A stretch of 64,000 nt of DNA from Chiloscyllium plagiosum (Eukaryota): NCBI RefSeq assembly GCF_004010195.1, contig NC_057718.1, positions 74,845,889 through 74,909,888 on the forward strand, read 5' to 3'. Below the pieces are notes generated by a model. The model saw only the letters and a list, made by a program, of their open reading frames with translations, searched no databases and had not been told where the DNA came from. A program made the translations under genes and the position numbers. This document shows, in pieces, positions 1 to 11,085 of this stretch (its first letter is position 1; each line of letters starts with the position of its first letter).

Positions 1-494
1 CACCAACACCTGGATATATTTGGTAATGTTAATACCATGTATAAACATATATAACTATAAAATTACAATCTCAACAAATAATAATTAAATATAATAATAC
101 AAAATAACAAGGGAAAACAACCCTGCTCCTAGAGACAGAGGTAAAATAGAATAAGGTAACCACCTCCCCCCACCAAGATTAACTAAAGCCCCCGGCTTAT
201 ATATTATATATACACACATATATATACATACACACATACATACATAGAATAATTAAAAAAACAACCCCAATGGGGGGAGAAAATCGTTAAATAGAGAACA
301 AATAAATAAATCCCTCTCCCCACCCCCCTAGATAATATTAAACAGTAAGGTAAGAAAAAAGAAAAAGGGGGGATATAAACCGGAGTGGGGGAAAGGCAAA
401 CCAACATCCATTGTCTCTTACAGTTTATCTAAGAGAGTCCAAAAATTCCTTAGCCTTTCCTGGTGATCCGAAGTTATACACGGATCCTTCATGG

Positions 495-1403
495 TTAAAG
501 CGTAGCGTCGCTGGGTAGCGTAAGGAGTACTGAATAGTCCATTAAACACTTCTTCGCCTCATCGAATGCCTTCCTCTTTTGGACCAGAGCTGGGGAAATG
601 TCCTGGAATAACATGATCTTGGATCCTTTATAGATCATGGCTTGGGAATCTTTTCCAAGATTTCTAGAGGCTTCTAGGAGTATCTGCCTCTCCCTATAGC
701 TCTGCAGCTGGAACAGGACTGGGCGACGGCACTGGTTCGAGCCGGGCCCGTGTATTGCAACCCGGTCGGCCCATTCCACCCTTACCTGGCCTGATCCAGC
801 CTCCAGATTTAAAAGCTGTGGCAGCCACTGCTGGAGGAATGCTGTAAGCTGGCCTTCCTCTTCCCGTTCGGGAAGGCCCAGCAAACGAATATTTTTTCGA
901 CGACCTCGATTATCGAGGTCATCAATGTGATTCTCTAAGGTCCGGACTCGCTGTTCGAGAGTCCGGACCTGATCCATGGCCGATTGCGCTGTGGTTTCGG
1001 AGGTCGTGGCCTTTAGCTCCTCCCCTCTGACTCGGCGCTCAATTTCTTTAATGTCTCGGTCGTGCTTCTGCAGCGCGGCCGAGAGTGAGTCCCATCGACT
1101 TCGGGATTCTTCAATGAAAGTGTCATCTTCGCATCCAGTTTGGAGATGATTTCCACAAGGCTTGCCACTGTAGGTAAGTCAAGCTTTTTATTCCTGATGA
1201 AGGGCTTTTGCCCGAAACGTCAATTTTGCTGAAGCTCCTCGGATGCTGCCTGAACTGCTGTGCTCTTCCAGCACCATTGATCCAGAATCCTCCACTGTAG
1301 GTAAGTCCCCCGGGGCGGCTGTGGATGCCTCTGCTGCAGCTGGAGAGGGTGGGGGAGGGGTTCCTGCTTGCTGAGAGCTGCGGGCTCCCTTCCCTTTAGT
1401 CAT
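495..1403 (-). pseudogene. L1 ORF1p (RNA-binding/chaperone), disrupted
   Basis: N-terminus MTKGKGARSSQQ... starts at 1403. It is interrupted by the 1181-1291 insertion and a frameshift. The C-terminal part is track ORF 495..977. Confidence 0.8.
1181..1291 (+). mobile_element. Short Penelope-like pseudo-LTR fragment (family A) with hammerhead-like core, inserted in L1 ORF1
   Basis: Flanked by a 16-bp direct repeat CCACTGTAGGTAAGTC (1165-1180 and 1292-1307). Contains CTGATGA-A-GGGC-TTTT-GCCC-GAAA-CGTC (1194-1221). The same sequence terminates PLE copies at about 25300 and 56700. Confidence 0.85.
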
Positions 1404-1574
1404 TTTTACTAAAGATTAGATTGTTTAAATTCAATACTATGCAACTAATTAAATTAAACAGCTATTTTAAATGATTTGGTGAGTGTGGTGGGGGTGGGTG
1501 ACCCACTTTGCCCAAGTCTTGGGAAGAGCACTATAGACTCAGACTTGCTGGGTCGCCGCCATCTTGGATCCCCC

Positions 1575-3168
1575 TGCAGTACTTCTAATACCTCTTCCTT
1601 GTGAACCTCAATCTCTTCTAGTCTGGATGCAAGTATCTCTGTATCTTCCTTGCCAACATTTTCATTTTCTATAGTGAACACTGTCGAAAAATATTTATTT
1701 AGTGCTTCCCCTATCTCCTCTGACTCCACACACAACTTCCCACTATTATCCTTGTTTGGCCCTAATTTAACTCTTGTCATTCTTTTATTCCTGACATATC
1801 TATGGAAAGCCTTAGGGTTAACCCTGATCCTATCCACCAACAATGTCTCATGCCTCCTCCTGGCTCTTCTGAGCTCTCTTTTTAGGTCTTTCCTGACTTC
1901 CTTGTAACCCTCAAGTGCCCTAACTGAGTTTTCACATTTTGTCCTAACATAAGCCTTCTTCTTCTTCTTGACCAGGGATTCCACTTCCTTAGTAAACCAC
2001 AGCTCACGCGTTCTATATCTTCCTCTCTGCCTGATAGGTACATACTTATCTAGGACACATAGGAGCTTTTCCTTGAATAAGCTCCACATTTTTAATGTAC
2101 TCATCCCCTGCAGTTTCCTTCCCCATTCTACGCTTCCTAAATCTTTCCTAAGTGCATCATAATTTCCCTTCCCCAAACTGTAACTCTTGCTCGGTGGAGT
2201 ACACCTATACCTTTCCATCACTAAAGTAAACCTGACAGAATTGTGATCGCTGTCTCCAAAGTGCTCACCTACTTCCAAATCTAACACCCGGCCAGGCTCG
2301 TTACCCATTACTAAATTTAAAGTGGCTTCACCCCTTGTAGGCCTGTCTACATACTGTATCAGGAAGCCCTCCTGCACACACTGGCCAAAATCTGACCCAT
2401 CTATCGTACTCGTACTGTAGTGATCCCAGGTCAATATTTGGATAGTTGAAATCCCCCATGACAACTACCCTGCCTCTCTCACTCCTATCGAGACTCATCT
2501 TTGCTATCCTTTCCTCTACATCTCTGGGACTATTCGGAGGCCTATAGAAAACTCCCAGCATGGTGACTTTTACTTTCCTGTTTCTAACCTCAGCCCATAC
2601 TACCTCAGTTAACGAGTCCCCAAACATCCTTTCTACAACTGTAATATTGTCCCTGGTCAAGAATGCCACACCTCCCCCTCTTTTATCATCTTCTCTGTTC
2701 TTACTGAAACATCTGAATCCCGGAACCTGCAACAGCCATTCCTTTTCCTGCTCGATCCATGTCTCCGTAATGGCCACAACATCGAAGTCCCAGGTACCAA
2801 CCCACGCTGCCTGTTCACCCACTTTGTTTCGGATGCTCCTTGCATTGAAGTACACACACTTCAAACCACGTTCTTACTTGCCAGTGTCAGATACTTGATT
2901 TTGAAACTCCCTAATCTCATCCTCTTCTGTACCTATCTTACAATTTTGGTTTCCATCCCCCTGCTGTATTAGTTTAAATCCACCTTAATAGCTTTAGTGA
3001 ATTTCCCACCCAGGATATTGGTACCCCTCTGGTTTAGATGAAGACCATTCTGCTTGTAGAGGTCCCTCCTACCCCAGAAAGAGCTCCAATTATCCAAAAA
3101 CCCGAAACCCTCCCTCCTGCACATCCCTGTAGCCATGTGTTCAACTCCTTTCTCTCCCTATTCCTCCT
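1575..3168 (-). mobile_element. CR1-clade LINE fragment (end of ORF1 esterase, ORF2 APE endonuclease and linker)
   Basis: ORF 2328..2864 MKCVYFNARSIRNK...AITETW...YRPP...MGDFN; ORF 1454..2464 SDHNSV...NPKAFHRY. Cut at 1575 by the L1 5' end. Confidence 0.9.
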
Positions 3169-3659
3169 TGACAAACAGATTACAGTGGCTTGGAAGAGCA
3201 CAAAACATAGCTTAAACAAAAAGATACTGACACAGAAGGAACTGAATTTAAAATACTAATAGTGAGCTGGAGTGAAAGGGCCCAAAATGATGACATACAG
3301 ATACTTCGGCAAAAGATGGGAAGCATAAACTGAAGGTAAAGCCTGATGAATGTGCTGTAATTTGTTACAGCTGTATTGAGACCATGAACATTGCAGCCCT
3401 GAGGGAGTACTTAGATATAGAAGTAGTTACCACTGAATGACACAATCATTTATAAAATTAGCAGAGAAGGAAAAGTATTGAAGAAATATCCTCAAGATGG
3501 ATAAAGATAAGAGAACTGGGGAAGTTTGAGTCCCCGGTTAATGATGTTAACGAGCAATCAGTGTCTGAACTTGAAGCTTGATAAGAACTGTAACATTTAA
3601 TTCAAAATGCATACATTAAAGATTCTCAGGACTTTAACACATGAACTAAAGGATACACA

Positions 3660-4660
3660 CAGTCAATGCCCCTGAGAGAAAAAAAGCTTTCTTGGATTGA
3701 GGCAAAAATCAAACTGTGCGATGAGCGTATTTGGAGACAACGAGAAGCAGACAAACCCATTGCTGCACAGTCATTAATGCTCTTATTGGTACAACAGATC
3801 CACTCATGGGGACATTTGGCTCTGCAACAAATGATAGCATGATTCCAGAAAAGCTGGTGTAGTCGATGTTTTTAAAAAAACTTGCCCAGATGATAGCAGA
3901 CCATTGTGTGACCTGCCAGAAGAACAACTCTGGACCGATCACAGCCATGCCCCAAGTGAGACCCCACTCCAGCAGGACCGTTCCAGCACCTACAAGTCAA
4001 TTACATATCGCTCCCACCATACTGAAGTCCTCATTATCATCGACAAATTCACCAGATGAGTGGAAGCCTCTCTTACCCAACAAGCCACAGCCAATCATAC
4101 AGCTAAAGTTTTGCATAAGAATTCCATCGCTCAATGGGGAGTTTCACAGGTGCTGTCTGCTAGGAAGTTTGCACAGTGCTCATCACCCCCAGTTATGAGG
4201 GCAAGTGAAATGAATCAACTAAGGCTCGCTAAGCACCACCAAGAGGGAGTGTCCTAGCCACAGGCCCTGACAATACAGCAGTACTATACAGCAGCCAGGT
4301 AACCCCCAATTGAACAAAAGATCTAAGCCCTTTTGAAGTAATCACTTGGAGGCCTATGTCACTGCCGGGAGCAGTTTAATTATGGAAAACCGATTGTCAA
4401 TTAATGAGTGATGTACTGTTGAAGTATTGTCAAGTCCTAATCAATGTTGTCAGGTCTGCTTCCCTACAGATATCGGTTGCTTGGGGTGATCTGCCAGAGG
4501 GGTGATACAGTATTGTCAAGGGAACATGGATCTATGTAAACAAAATCCATAAAGAACCATGAGGAGCCAAGTGGGAAGGATCCTACCAAGTACTGTTGAC
4601 CATTCCAGTGGCAGTAAAATTCCGAGGGAAGAAAATTTGGATCCTTGCATAAGAATTGTT
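3660..4660 (+). pseudogene. pol: Retroviral integrase (pol 3' end), frameshifted
   Basis: Manual translation across frames: QQIHSWGHL...IADHCVTCQKNN (HHCC); GPFQHLQVNYI...DKFTR*VEA...AKVLHKNSIAQWGVSQVLS; LSPFEVIT.RPM; C-terminal WEGSYQVLL (GPY/F-like). Confidence 0.8.
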
Positions 4661-4689
4661 ACATTTAGCCTAAGATGTGGAAATTGTAT

Positions 4690-5723
4690 GACTAACAATG
4701 TGTATTCTAAATGATTGCTTGCTAGTAACTTACCAACCCCCTGCACCAGAAGGGAGACGAAGAAAAAAGGAATTATATGTAAATGCCTTTTTGTCTATGT
4801 CCAGTTGTCAGGTGTATGTGCCCACATACTCATCCACTCAAAAGAAGATATCCTCTTAAAATTCATCCCCTTTAATGCATCCGCAATAGCAGAATGCGTA
4901 ATTCACCAGAACATCTCCCTAGAGCATCCAGCATGACTGACACAGCAATCCTCAGCAGCGAGAGGGGTGTATTGCGTGCGCATGACTGACCCCCAAGAGC
5001 AGTGGGAGTCAGCAGGTTACAACCTGACCACCTTTCAAAGGTGGTGTCAGCCTAATTACAATACCTCACAACGACTTGCTTTCTTGACTCTTTCTGGAAT
5101 GGGGAGACCAAACAGCAGGGATATGTTTATTTAAGACCTAGACAAGAGGGCAGGAGGTGGGATACAGTAAGTGTTACCGTCATCATGGTTTTTGAGTTAT
5201 GCTGTCCCCTTTGTCCATCACTCGTTCTCCCTACCTGGGAGATCCCACTGGCAAAGATTTTAAAAAGGTCCATTACAGAGACAGAGAGATTCTTTACCAC
5301 CTTGATCCTCTGACACGGGACCGCAAAACTGGCCAGGGAATCTATCAACATGGCAGATGTCCAAGAACAGATGGCCAATGATACAGCAGAAGCCTTTGAT
5401 AAAATAAGCATTGAAATGGTGGCCATCCATAAAATAGCATTGCAGAAAAGAATGGCTCTTAATTGGATACTGGCTGAAGAGATACTTGTGCCCTAATTAG
5501 GGCCAAATTATATCCCAGATAACTCTGAAGCAATCACCAGTTAGCAAAACATATATGAAAAGAGATGAACAAGCTAATCCAACCCCCATCTTCCACTCTG
5601 TTTTCTTGGGCAACTGGCTGTTTGGGATCCTTGGGAACCTCCTTGCTGCAGGGTGTGATGTTATTTATTGTAGTAATTCCCATTTTGTATTGTTTGTTTT
5701 TATTAATCGAATCTTGTTGCTAA
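4690..5723 (+). pseudogene. env: Retroviral envelope (env), decayed
   Basis: VCAHILIHSKE near 4810. A (R)xLKR/SITETERFF furin-like junction at about 5255-5295. Heptad ...EMVAIHKIALQKRMALNWILAEE (ISD-like, from 5440), then YPDNS-like. Hydrophobic TM GSLGTSLLQGVMLFIVVIPILYCLFLLIESCC* ends at 5723. Confidence 0.8.
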
Positions 5724-5852
5724 CAGGTGGCTTCTGCTGGAGCCCCACAGGTTAGAATCCTGAAAGATAAGCATAAAAAGACTTGCATAAAAAGCCTATC
5801 TCATATACTTTCATGCTTTGTGATTCACTTAAGTGTGAATCAAAAGGGGGAT

Positions 5853-6594
5853 TGTTGGTGCTGCCCATTACTGAATCACAAAATGACTGTTAGGGCTGCC
5901 CATATCTAATGCTGACAGTAACAAGGTTGCTGAATATGCAATCATTCATGCAAGAACTTGGATGATAACATGTAACATTTGATAACAATGGCAGCACTGT
6001 ACATAGCAGCTAACAAGTCAAGGTTGCGGAATTAATCGTTTATCTTGAATTGTTTAATCAATCTGTTATATATTAAAAAGAATGCCTCAAAGATTCAAAC
6101 CAGTTTTGTACAATAAAAATGTGCCACCCCCACATCATTGCATAGAGGAATGTGGATTGAACATTAAGGTGAAAACTATATAAACCAAATAACTTTGTTG
6201 GAACTGATACATTTCTAATTATATGGCAGTTCTGACAAATGCTACTTGAATACAGTAAGCCTAAAGGAGAAAGATAAAAGAAAACATCGTGACAGACCAT
6301 GATTGGTCCATCTCAGTGAAGATGCTATACGAGAGAGCCAATTACAGAGTGACAGCTCAGCTCGCTGACCAAGAATAATCAAAGTGGGGAGGGGGTGGGG
6401 GAGGAAGGGAGGGGCGGTGGTGCCTGTGCGCTCTAAGCTAAAATGTATAAGTTAAGACATTTTAAAGCTTTGTGTGAGCTTTTGTATCTTTATGCCTTTT
6501 TGCTATAGGCTCTAACTGAGCTGTAAATCACAAATAAAGGTAACCTGAATCCGCCTCGCGACTCAGACTCTCATTGAAAATATGAGATCTAACA
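5853..6594 (+). repeat. ERV 3' LTR
   Basis: Preceded by PPT AAAAGGGGGA (5842-5851). Starts TGTTGG and ends CTAACA. Contains CCAAT (6338), a G-rich/GC box (6386-6417), TATAA (about 6446) and AATAAA (about 6533). Confidence 0.8.
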
Positions 6595-6729
6595 TTCCCG
6601 CTGCACATTTTACGATATACACCAAAAAACCTGATAGCTAATGCCATAGGAAACATGACAGATATTCAAATTATGGTATTGATTGTCTTAAATTTGATAT
6701 TGCTGTATAACAATATGGGAAATAGTTTT

Positions 6730-6940
6730 CATTGACTACACTTCAAAATGATTGCTTTGGTGTGTCCTGATGAAATGAACTATTCTGCTGCATTATTGGA
6801 TGTGCCATATTTCAAATGTAACATTCAGTCAAAGCTCTTTCCTGCCTGCTGAGGTGAATATGCTATTTGAAAATTAGTCCAAAGCTTTCCTGGTGTACTA
6901 ACCAATATTACTCTTTTAATCAACAGCACACAGAATAAAA
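6730..6940 (+). mobile_element. DeuSINE (SacSINE1/AmnSINE1-like) relics
   Basis: GACTACACTTCAAAA and GATGTGCCATATTTCAAATG...CCTGGTGTACTAACCAATATT...ATCAACAGCAC resemble the Deu-domain consensus as I recall it. Highly diverged. Confidence 0.5.
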
Positions 6941-6959
6941 GGAGATAGCTGAGTCACCT

Positions 6960-7310
6960 ACCTCTTCTCCTCCTGTGGTCATCCCTCCACGCATTCTCAT
7001 CCTGTAGCTTTTCAACCTTGTCTGGCTTACTTATACCTCCTTTATCAGAATTGTCCTGGCTTACGTATTACTCCAGACTGTTCTTGCCCAACTGAAGCTT
7101 GACGTTTATTTTATCTGTTCTTATTCAGTCTCATGACTCTTGCGTGGCTCTTCTGATGTCCTTTGTCACATTAAAAGTTCCACATATCTGGCCCGGACCT
7201 CTTCTCTTCACCCTGGATATCCAATATTCAAACAGTCTACACTTCTACTCCCCACGAGGTCAACGTGAGGGATAACCACAACCCTCTTCCACCTGGTCAA
7301 ATATTTCATT
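6960..7310 (+). mobile_element. Old Penelope-like RT relic
   Basis: PGPLLFTLDIQ...LYTSTPH resembles the PLE RT motif (FTMDVQSLYTSIPH) seen in the 60287-60925 copy. Confidence 0.45.
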
Positions 7311-7479
7311 GAAGAAAGATATTTTAGTTGAAATCCTTATGTGGCCAACACTTGCACCACAGAAAAAGAAGCATTAAATGAGTACAATGTTAAGACATTT
7401 CATGTGTAACATGTGCTTCACACCTGGAGTTTGAAAACTATTTAAATAAGCAGTTGTTTGTCAGTGACTGCCTAACTCA

Positions 7480-8460
7480 GGATTATGGGTGCAGCTGGCT
7501 GGATCAGAATTTATTGTCCATCCCTAGTTTTCCTTGAGAAGGTGATGGTGAGCTGCCTCCTCAAATTGGTGTAGGTACACTCAAAATATAATAGGAAAGA
7601 AGTTCAAGAGTTTGACTCAGCAACATTGAAGGAACAATAATATATTTCCAAGTCTGAATGCTCAGTGTCTTAATGGTAGAACTTGGAGGGGATGGTGTTC
7701 CCATGTATCCACTGCACTTGACCTTCTAGATAGTAGTGGTCATGAGTTTGGAAGATGCTGTCTTAGGAGCATTGGCAAATTTCTGCTATGTATCTAGATT
7801 GCTGCTACTGAATAGTGGTAGATTAAGGATTTTGCTTGTGTTTCCAAGCAAGAGTGTACTTTATTGTGGCTGGTAGCCTGCTGCTTGAGTATTGTTGGAG
7901 CTACACTCATCCTGGCAAATTGAGGAATATTCCATCACACACCTGACTTGTGCCTTGTAGGTGGTGGACTGGCTTTTGAGAGTCAAGAGGTATGTTAGTC
8001 ACGGCAAGATTCCTAGCCTGTGATCTGCTCTTGTCACCACAGTACTTATATAACTCATCTAGTCAGTTTCTTATCAATAGTAAGTTGATAGTGAGAGATT
8101 AGGTGATGGTGATACAATTGAATGTCAAGGAGAGCTGATTTGATTCTCCCTTGATCATTGTCTGGTATTTGTCTGGCATGAATATTACTTGCCACTTTTC
8201 ATCTAAGCCTGGATAGTGTCCAGGTCTTGCTGCATTTGGGCATGGATTGCTTCACACTGATGAATCACAGATGGTGCTGAACATTGTGCAGTCATCACAA
8301 ACATCCGTACTTTTGTTCTTCTAATGATGGAAGGCCATTGATGAAGCAGCTGAAGATGTTGGGGCACAATGCTACCTTAAAGGACTCCTTCAGAGATTCT
8401 TGGAGCTGAGATGACTGACATCCAACCACCACAATCTTGCTTTGTGCCAGGTATGACTTG
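7480..8460 (-). mobile_element. L2/CR1-group LINE 3' fragment
   Basis: Homologous to 44572-45750 (TTTATTG.CC.TCCCTAGTT..CCTTGA.AAG...). RT remnant IFSCFINGLPS. Confidence 0.7.
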
Positions 8461-8461
8461 C

Positions 8462-8815
8462 ATAGAAAGTAGGAGCAGAAGCGGGCCTTCTGATTCTTCA
8501 ACCCATTCTGCCATTCAATATTATTATGATTGATCGTTTAATTCAATACCCTATTCCTGCCCCATACACTTTGATCCCTTTAGCCCTAAGAACAAAATCT
8601 AATTCCTTGAAAACATTCAACATTTTGGCTTCAACCACTTTCTGTGGCAGAGAAATCCATATTCTCTGGGTGAAGAAATTTCTCCTAGTCTCATTCCCAA
8701 ATGGCCAAACTTTTATCCTTAAATTGTGACCTCTGTTTCAGGACTTCATGATCATTGGGAACATCTTTCCTGCAAGTACTCTGTATTGCCCTTTTAGATT
8801 CTTAGAGGTTTTGGT
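8462..8815 (-). mobile_element. CR1 3'-end fragment
   Basis: CR1-type tail and C-terminal ORF2 remnant (reverse of RNFFTQR..W). Confidence 0.65.
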
Positions 8816-8871
8816 CTTGTGTAAAGATCAGATACTTACATAAGAGAATATTAGCAACTAGAATGCTGTGT

Positions 8872-8970
8872 GATTTTCCTGTTCCCTGGATGCTGCCTGA
8901 CCTGCTGCGCTTTTCCAGCAACACATTTTCAGCTCTGATCTCCAGCATCTGCAGACCTCACTTTCTCCTG
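8872..8970 (+). mobile_element. PLE pseudo-LTR fragment (family A, 3' part)
   Basis: GGATGCTGCCTGACCTGCTGCGCTTTTCCAGCA...CTCCAGCATCTGCAG, shared with 1241-1290, 16003-16090, 25345-25390 and 33228-33310. Confidence 0.75.
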
Positions 8971-9022
8971 CTGTGTGAAGAGCTCAGCCTAGTGTCAACT
9001 TAGTAGGATTCTGATGTTAGTA

Positions 9023-11085
9023 CATAAGAGTCATACAGCACAGAACCAGGCCTTTTGGCCCACCATGTCTATGTCAACCAACAAGTAACAAGCTATACTA
9101 ATACCATTTACCTGGTCAATAGCCTGTTGCGCCTTGGCATTTTAAGTGCACATTCAGATGTTGCTTAAATGTTGAGAATACTTGCCTCCGCTATCTTTGC
9201 ATATTTCTACTGCTGTACGGGTGAAAAATTATTCCTCAGATCTTCTCTAAACTACTTGCTCCTTGATTGTATGCTCTCTAGTCTTAGATATATCTGCATG
9301 GGGAAGTAATTCTCCTGTCCGCCATCTCTACTCCAGGGAAAACAAAGCCAGCCTATCCAGTTTCTCCTTATAGCTGAGATGTTTCATCTCAGGCAATCTC
9401 CTGGTGAATGCTCTGCCCCCTCTCCAGTATAATCACGTTTTTCTGATTGTGATTTGGAGATGCCAGTGTTGGACTGGGGTGTACAAAGTTAAAAATCACA
9501 CAACACCAGGTTATAGTCCAACAGGTTTAATTGGAAGCACACTAGCTTTCGGAGCGACGCTCCTTCATCACCTGATGAAGGAGCGTCGCTCCGAAAGCTA
9601 GTGTGCTTCCAATTAAACCTGTTGGACTATAACCTGGTGTTGTGTGATTTTTAACTTTCTGATTGTAACATGCCTTCTACAGGTAATGCACATAACAAAC
9701 AGCAACACTGCTGATCCCAGGCTTCCAATTACAAAAACAACACTCTATTGCTGTTTTCTATTTTTAAGCCAGTTTTGGTGATCCAGTTTGTCAGCTTGCT
9801 TTGGATCCCATAGGCTCTTATTGCTCGGACCAGCCTTGTATGCGAGATCTTGTCAAAGGCCTTTCTAAAGCCCATGTAAAGCATATCCACTGCACTACCC
9901 TCACCAATTTATTTAGTCAGCTTTTCAAAAAATTCAAGTAACCAGGCTGGATCTCCCTCCAAATCCATGTTGACTATAACCTGATTAATAAAAACCTAAA
10001 TAGTTACAGGTGCTATGAATCAGAAACCAAAGTTGCTGGAAAAGGCCTGCAGGTCTGACAGCATCTGTGAAGAGAAATCAGGGTTAATGTTTTGGCTCTG
10101 GTGCCCCTCCTCAGAGCCTTGATGCATGCCTGTTTTTCCAAATATTGATTAATCATGCCTCAGAATTTTTCCAATAATTTCCCTACCACAGACATCTGCA
10201 ATTACCTGCCTAACACTACTGCCGTTTGTGAACAAAGTAACTATGTTAGTTATTCTTCTGTCGTTTAGCACATCGCTTATGACCAGTGAAATATCTAAAT
10301 ATATTGCCAGGGTCCAGTATCTTCTCCCTTACCTCCAACAGCAGCCTGAGTACACTTCTTCAGGGAATTTATGTACCTATATTCCCACTAAAACATCTCC
10401 TTAAATATCTCCTCCTTATTAATGTTAATGTGTTCTAGAACCTCACCATCCCAGCTCAAATCTACAACTACAGTGTCTTTCTCTTCTGTATACAGTGTTA
10501 TTTAAAATCTCACCAATGTCACTGGCTCCACACACAGTTTGCCCCTTTGGTCTCTACTGGGTCCCACACTTTTGTTGGTAATTCTCTTACTGTTAAAATG
10601 CTTAAAGCTTTGGGGTTGTCTTGATCCCATCTGCAAAATAGATTTTGTTGCCCCTCTTCACCCTCCCAGTTTCCTTCTTAAGCAACCTCCAAAACTCTAA
10701 CTTTTTGAAGGCCTGCCCCTGTTTTGAAAGCATTGCATCTGACACGCACTTCCTCCTTTTTTTTTATAAAGTCTCTATTCCTTTATAGCTGGGTTTACGG
10801 ACTTACTGCCCTTGCCTTTCACTCTTAGAGGAACATGCTGGCCCTAAAAGTATGACTTTTAAAATAACTTCTACTTTCCAAATATTGGTGCTCCCAGACA
10901 ATGTAGGTTACATTCTGTCTAATGATATTGAAGAGGGCCTTCCCCTATTATTGACACTTCTGCACTATCCTTATTCCTTTCCATAATGACTTTGAAACCT
11001 AAGTTATGGTCACTATCCCCCTCACTCGCTGAAACTTCAACTACTTGACTGGTTTCATGCCCTAGGACTAGGTTTAGCAATGCCC
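9023..11085 (-). mobile_element. Old fragmented CR1 LINE (host of the 9451-9658 insertion)
   Basis: CR1 tail at about 9023-9070. RT remnants at about 9780-9960. SDHN endonuclease motif in ORF 10919..11101. Confidence 0.6.
9451..9658. mobile_element. Fold-back Penelope-derived element (family B) with minimal hammerhead core
   Basis: Perfect 86-bp inverted repeat 9485-9570 / 9573-9658 with a 2-nt spacer. Flanked by direct repeat TTTCTGATTGT (9440-9450, 9656-9666). Core CAC-CTGATGA-A-GGAGC-GTC-GCTCC-GAAA-GCTA-GTG at 9569-9603. Confidence 0.85.

Larger units (their letters stand above)
1..1574 (-). mobile_element. L1-clade LINE, 5' portion (5'UTR, ORF1, AT-rich inter-ORF spacer); continues off the left edge
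   Basis: The minus strand begins GGGGGATCCAAGATGGCGGC at 1574, a YY1-like AAGATGGC start typical of L1 5' ends. ORF1 has a coiled coil plus an L1 ORF1p RRM-like motif (LENHIDDLDNRGRRKNIRLLGLPE...IMLFQDISPALVQKRKAF). Confidence 0.85.
3170..6594 (+). mobile_element. Endogenous retrovirus (class I, gamma/epsilon-like), 3' half: pol integrase, env, PPT, 3' LTR; decayed
   Basis: Integrase HHCC and core motifs, env furin site, ISD-like and TM motifs, PPT and a TG...CA LTR occur in canonical order. Confidence 0.85.

Noticed and set aside
4690..5723. Domesticated syncytin-like env
   Set aside because: The frame is broken by stops and frameshifts.
9485..9658. pre-miRNA or CRISPR-like repeat
   Set aside because: The perfect arms derive from a dispersed TSD-flanked repeat. 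There is no repeat-spacer array and the DNA is eukaryotic.
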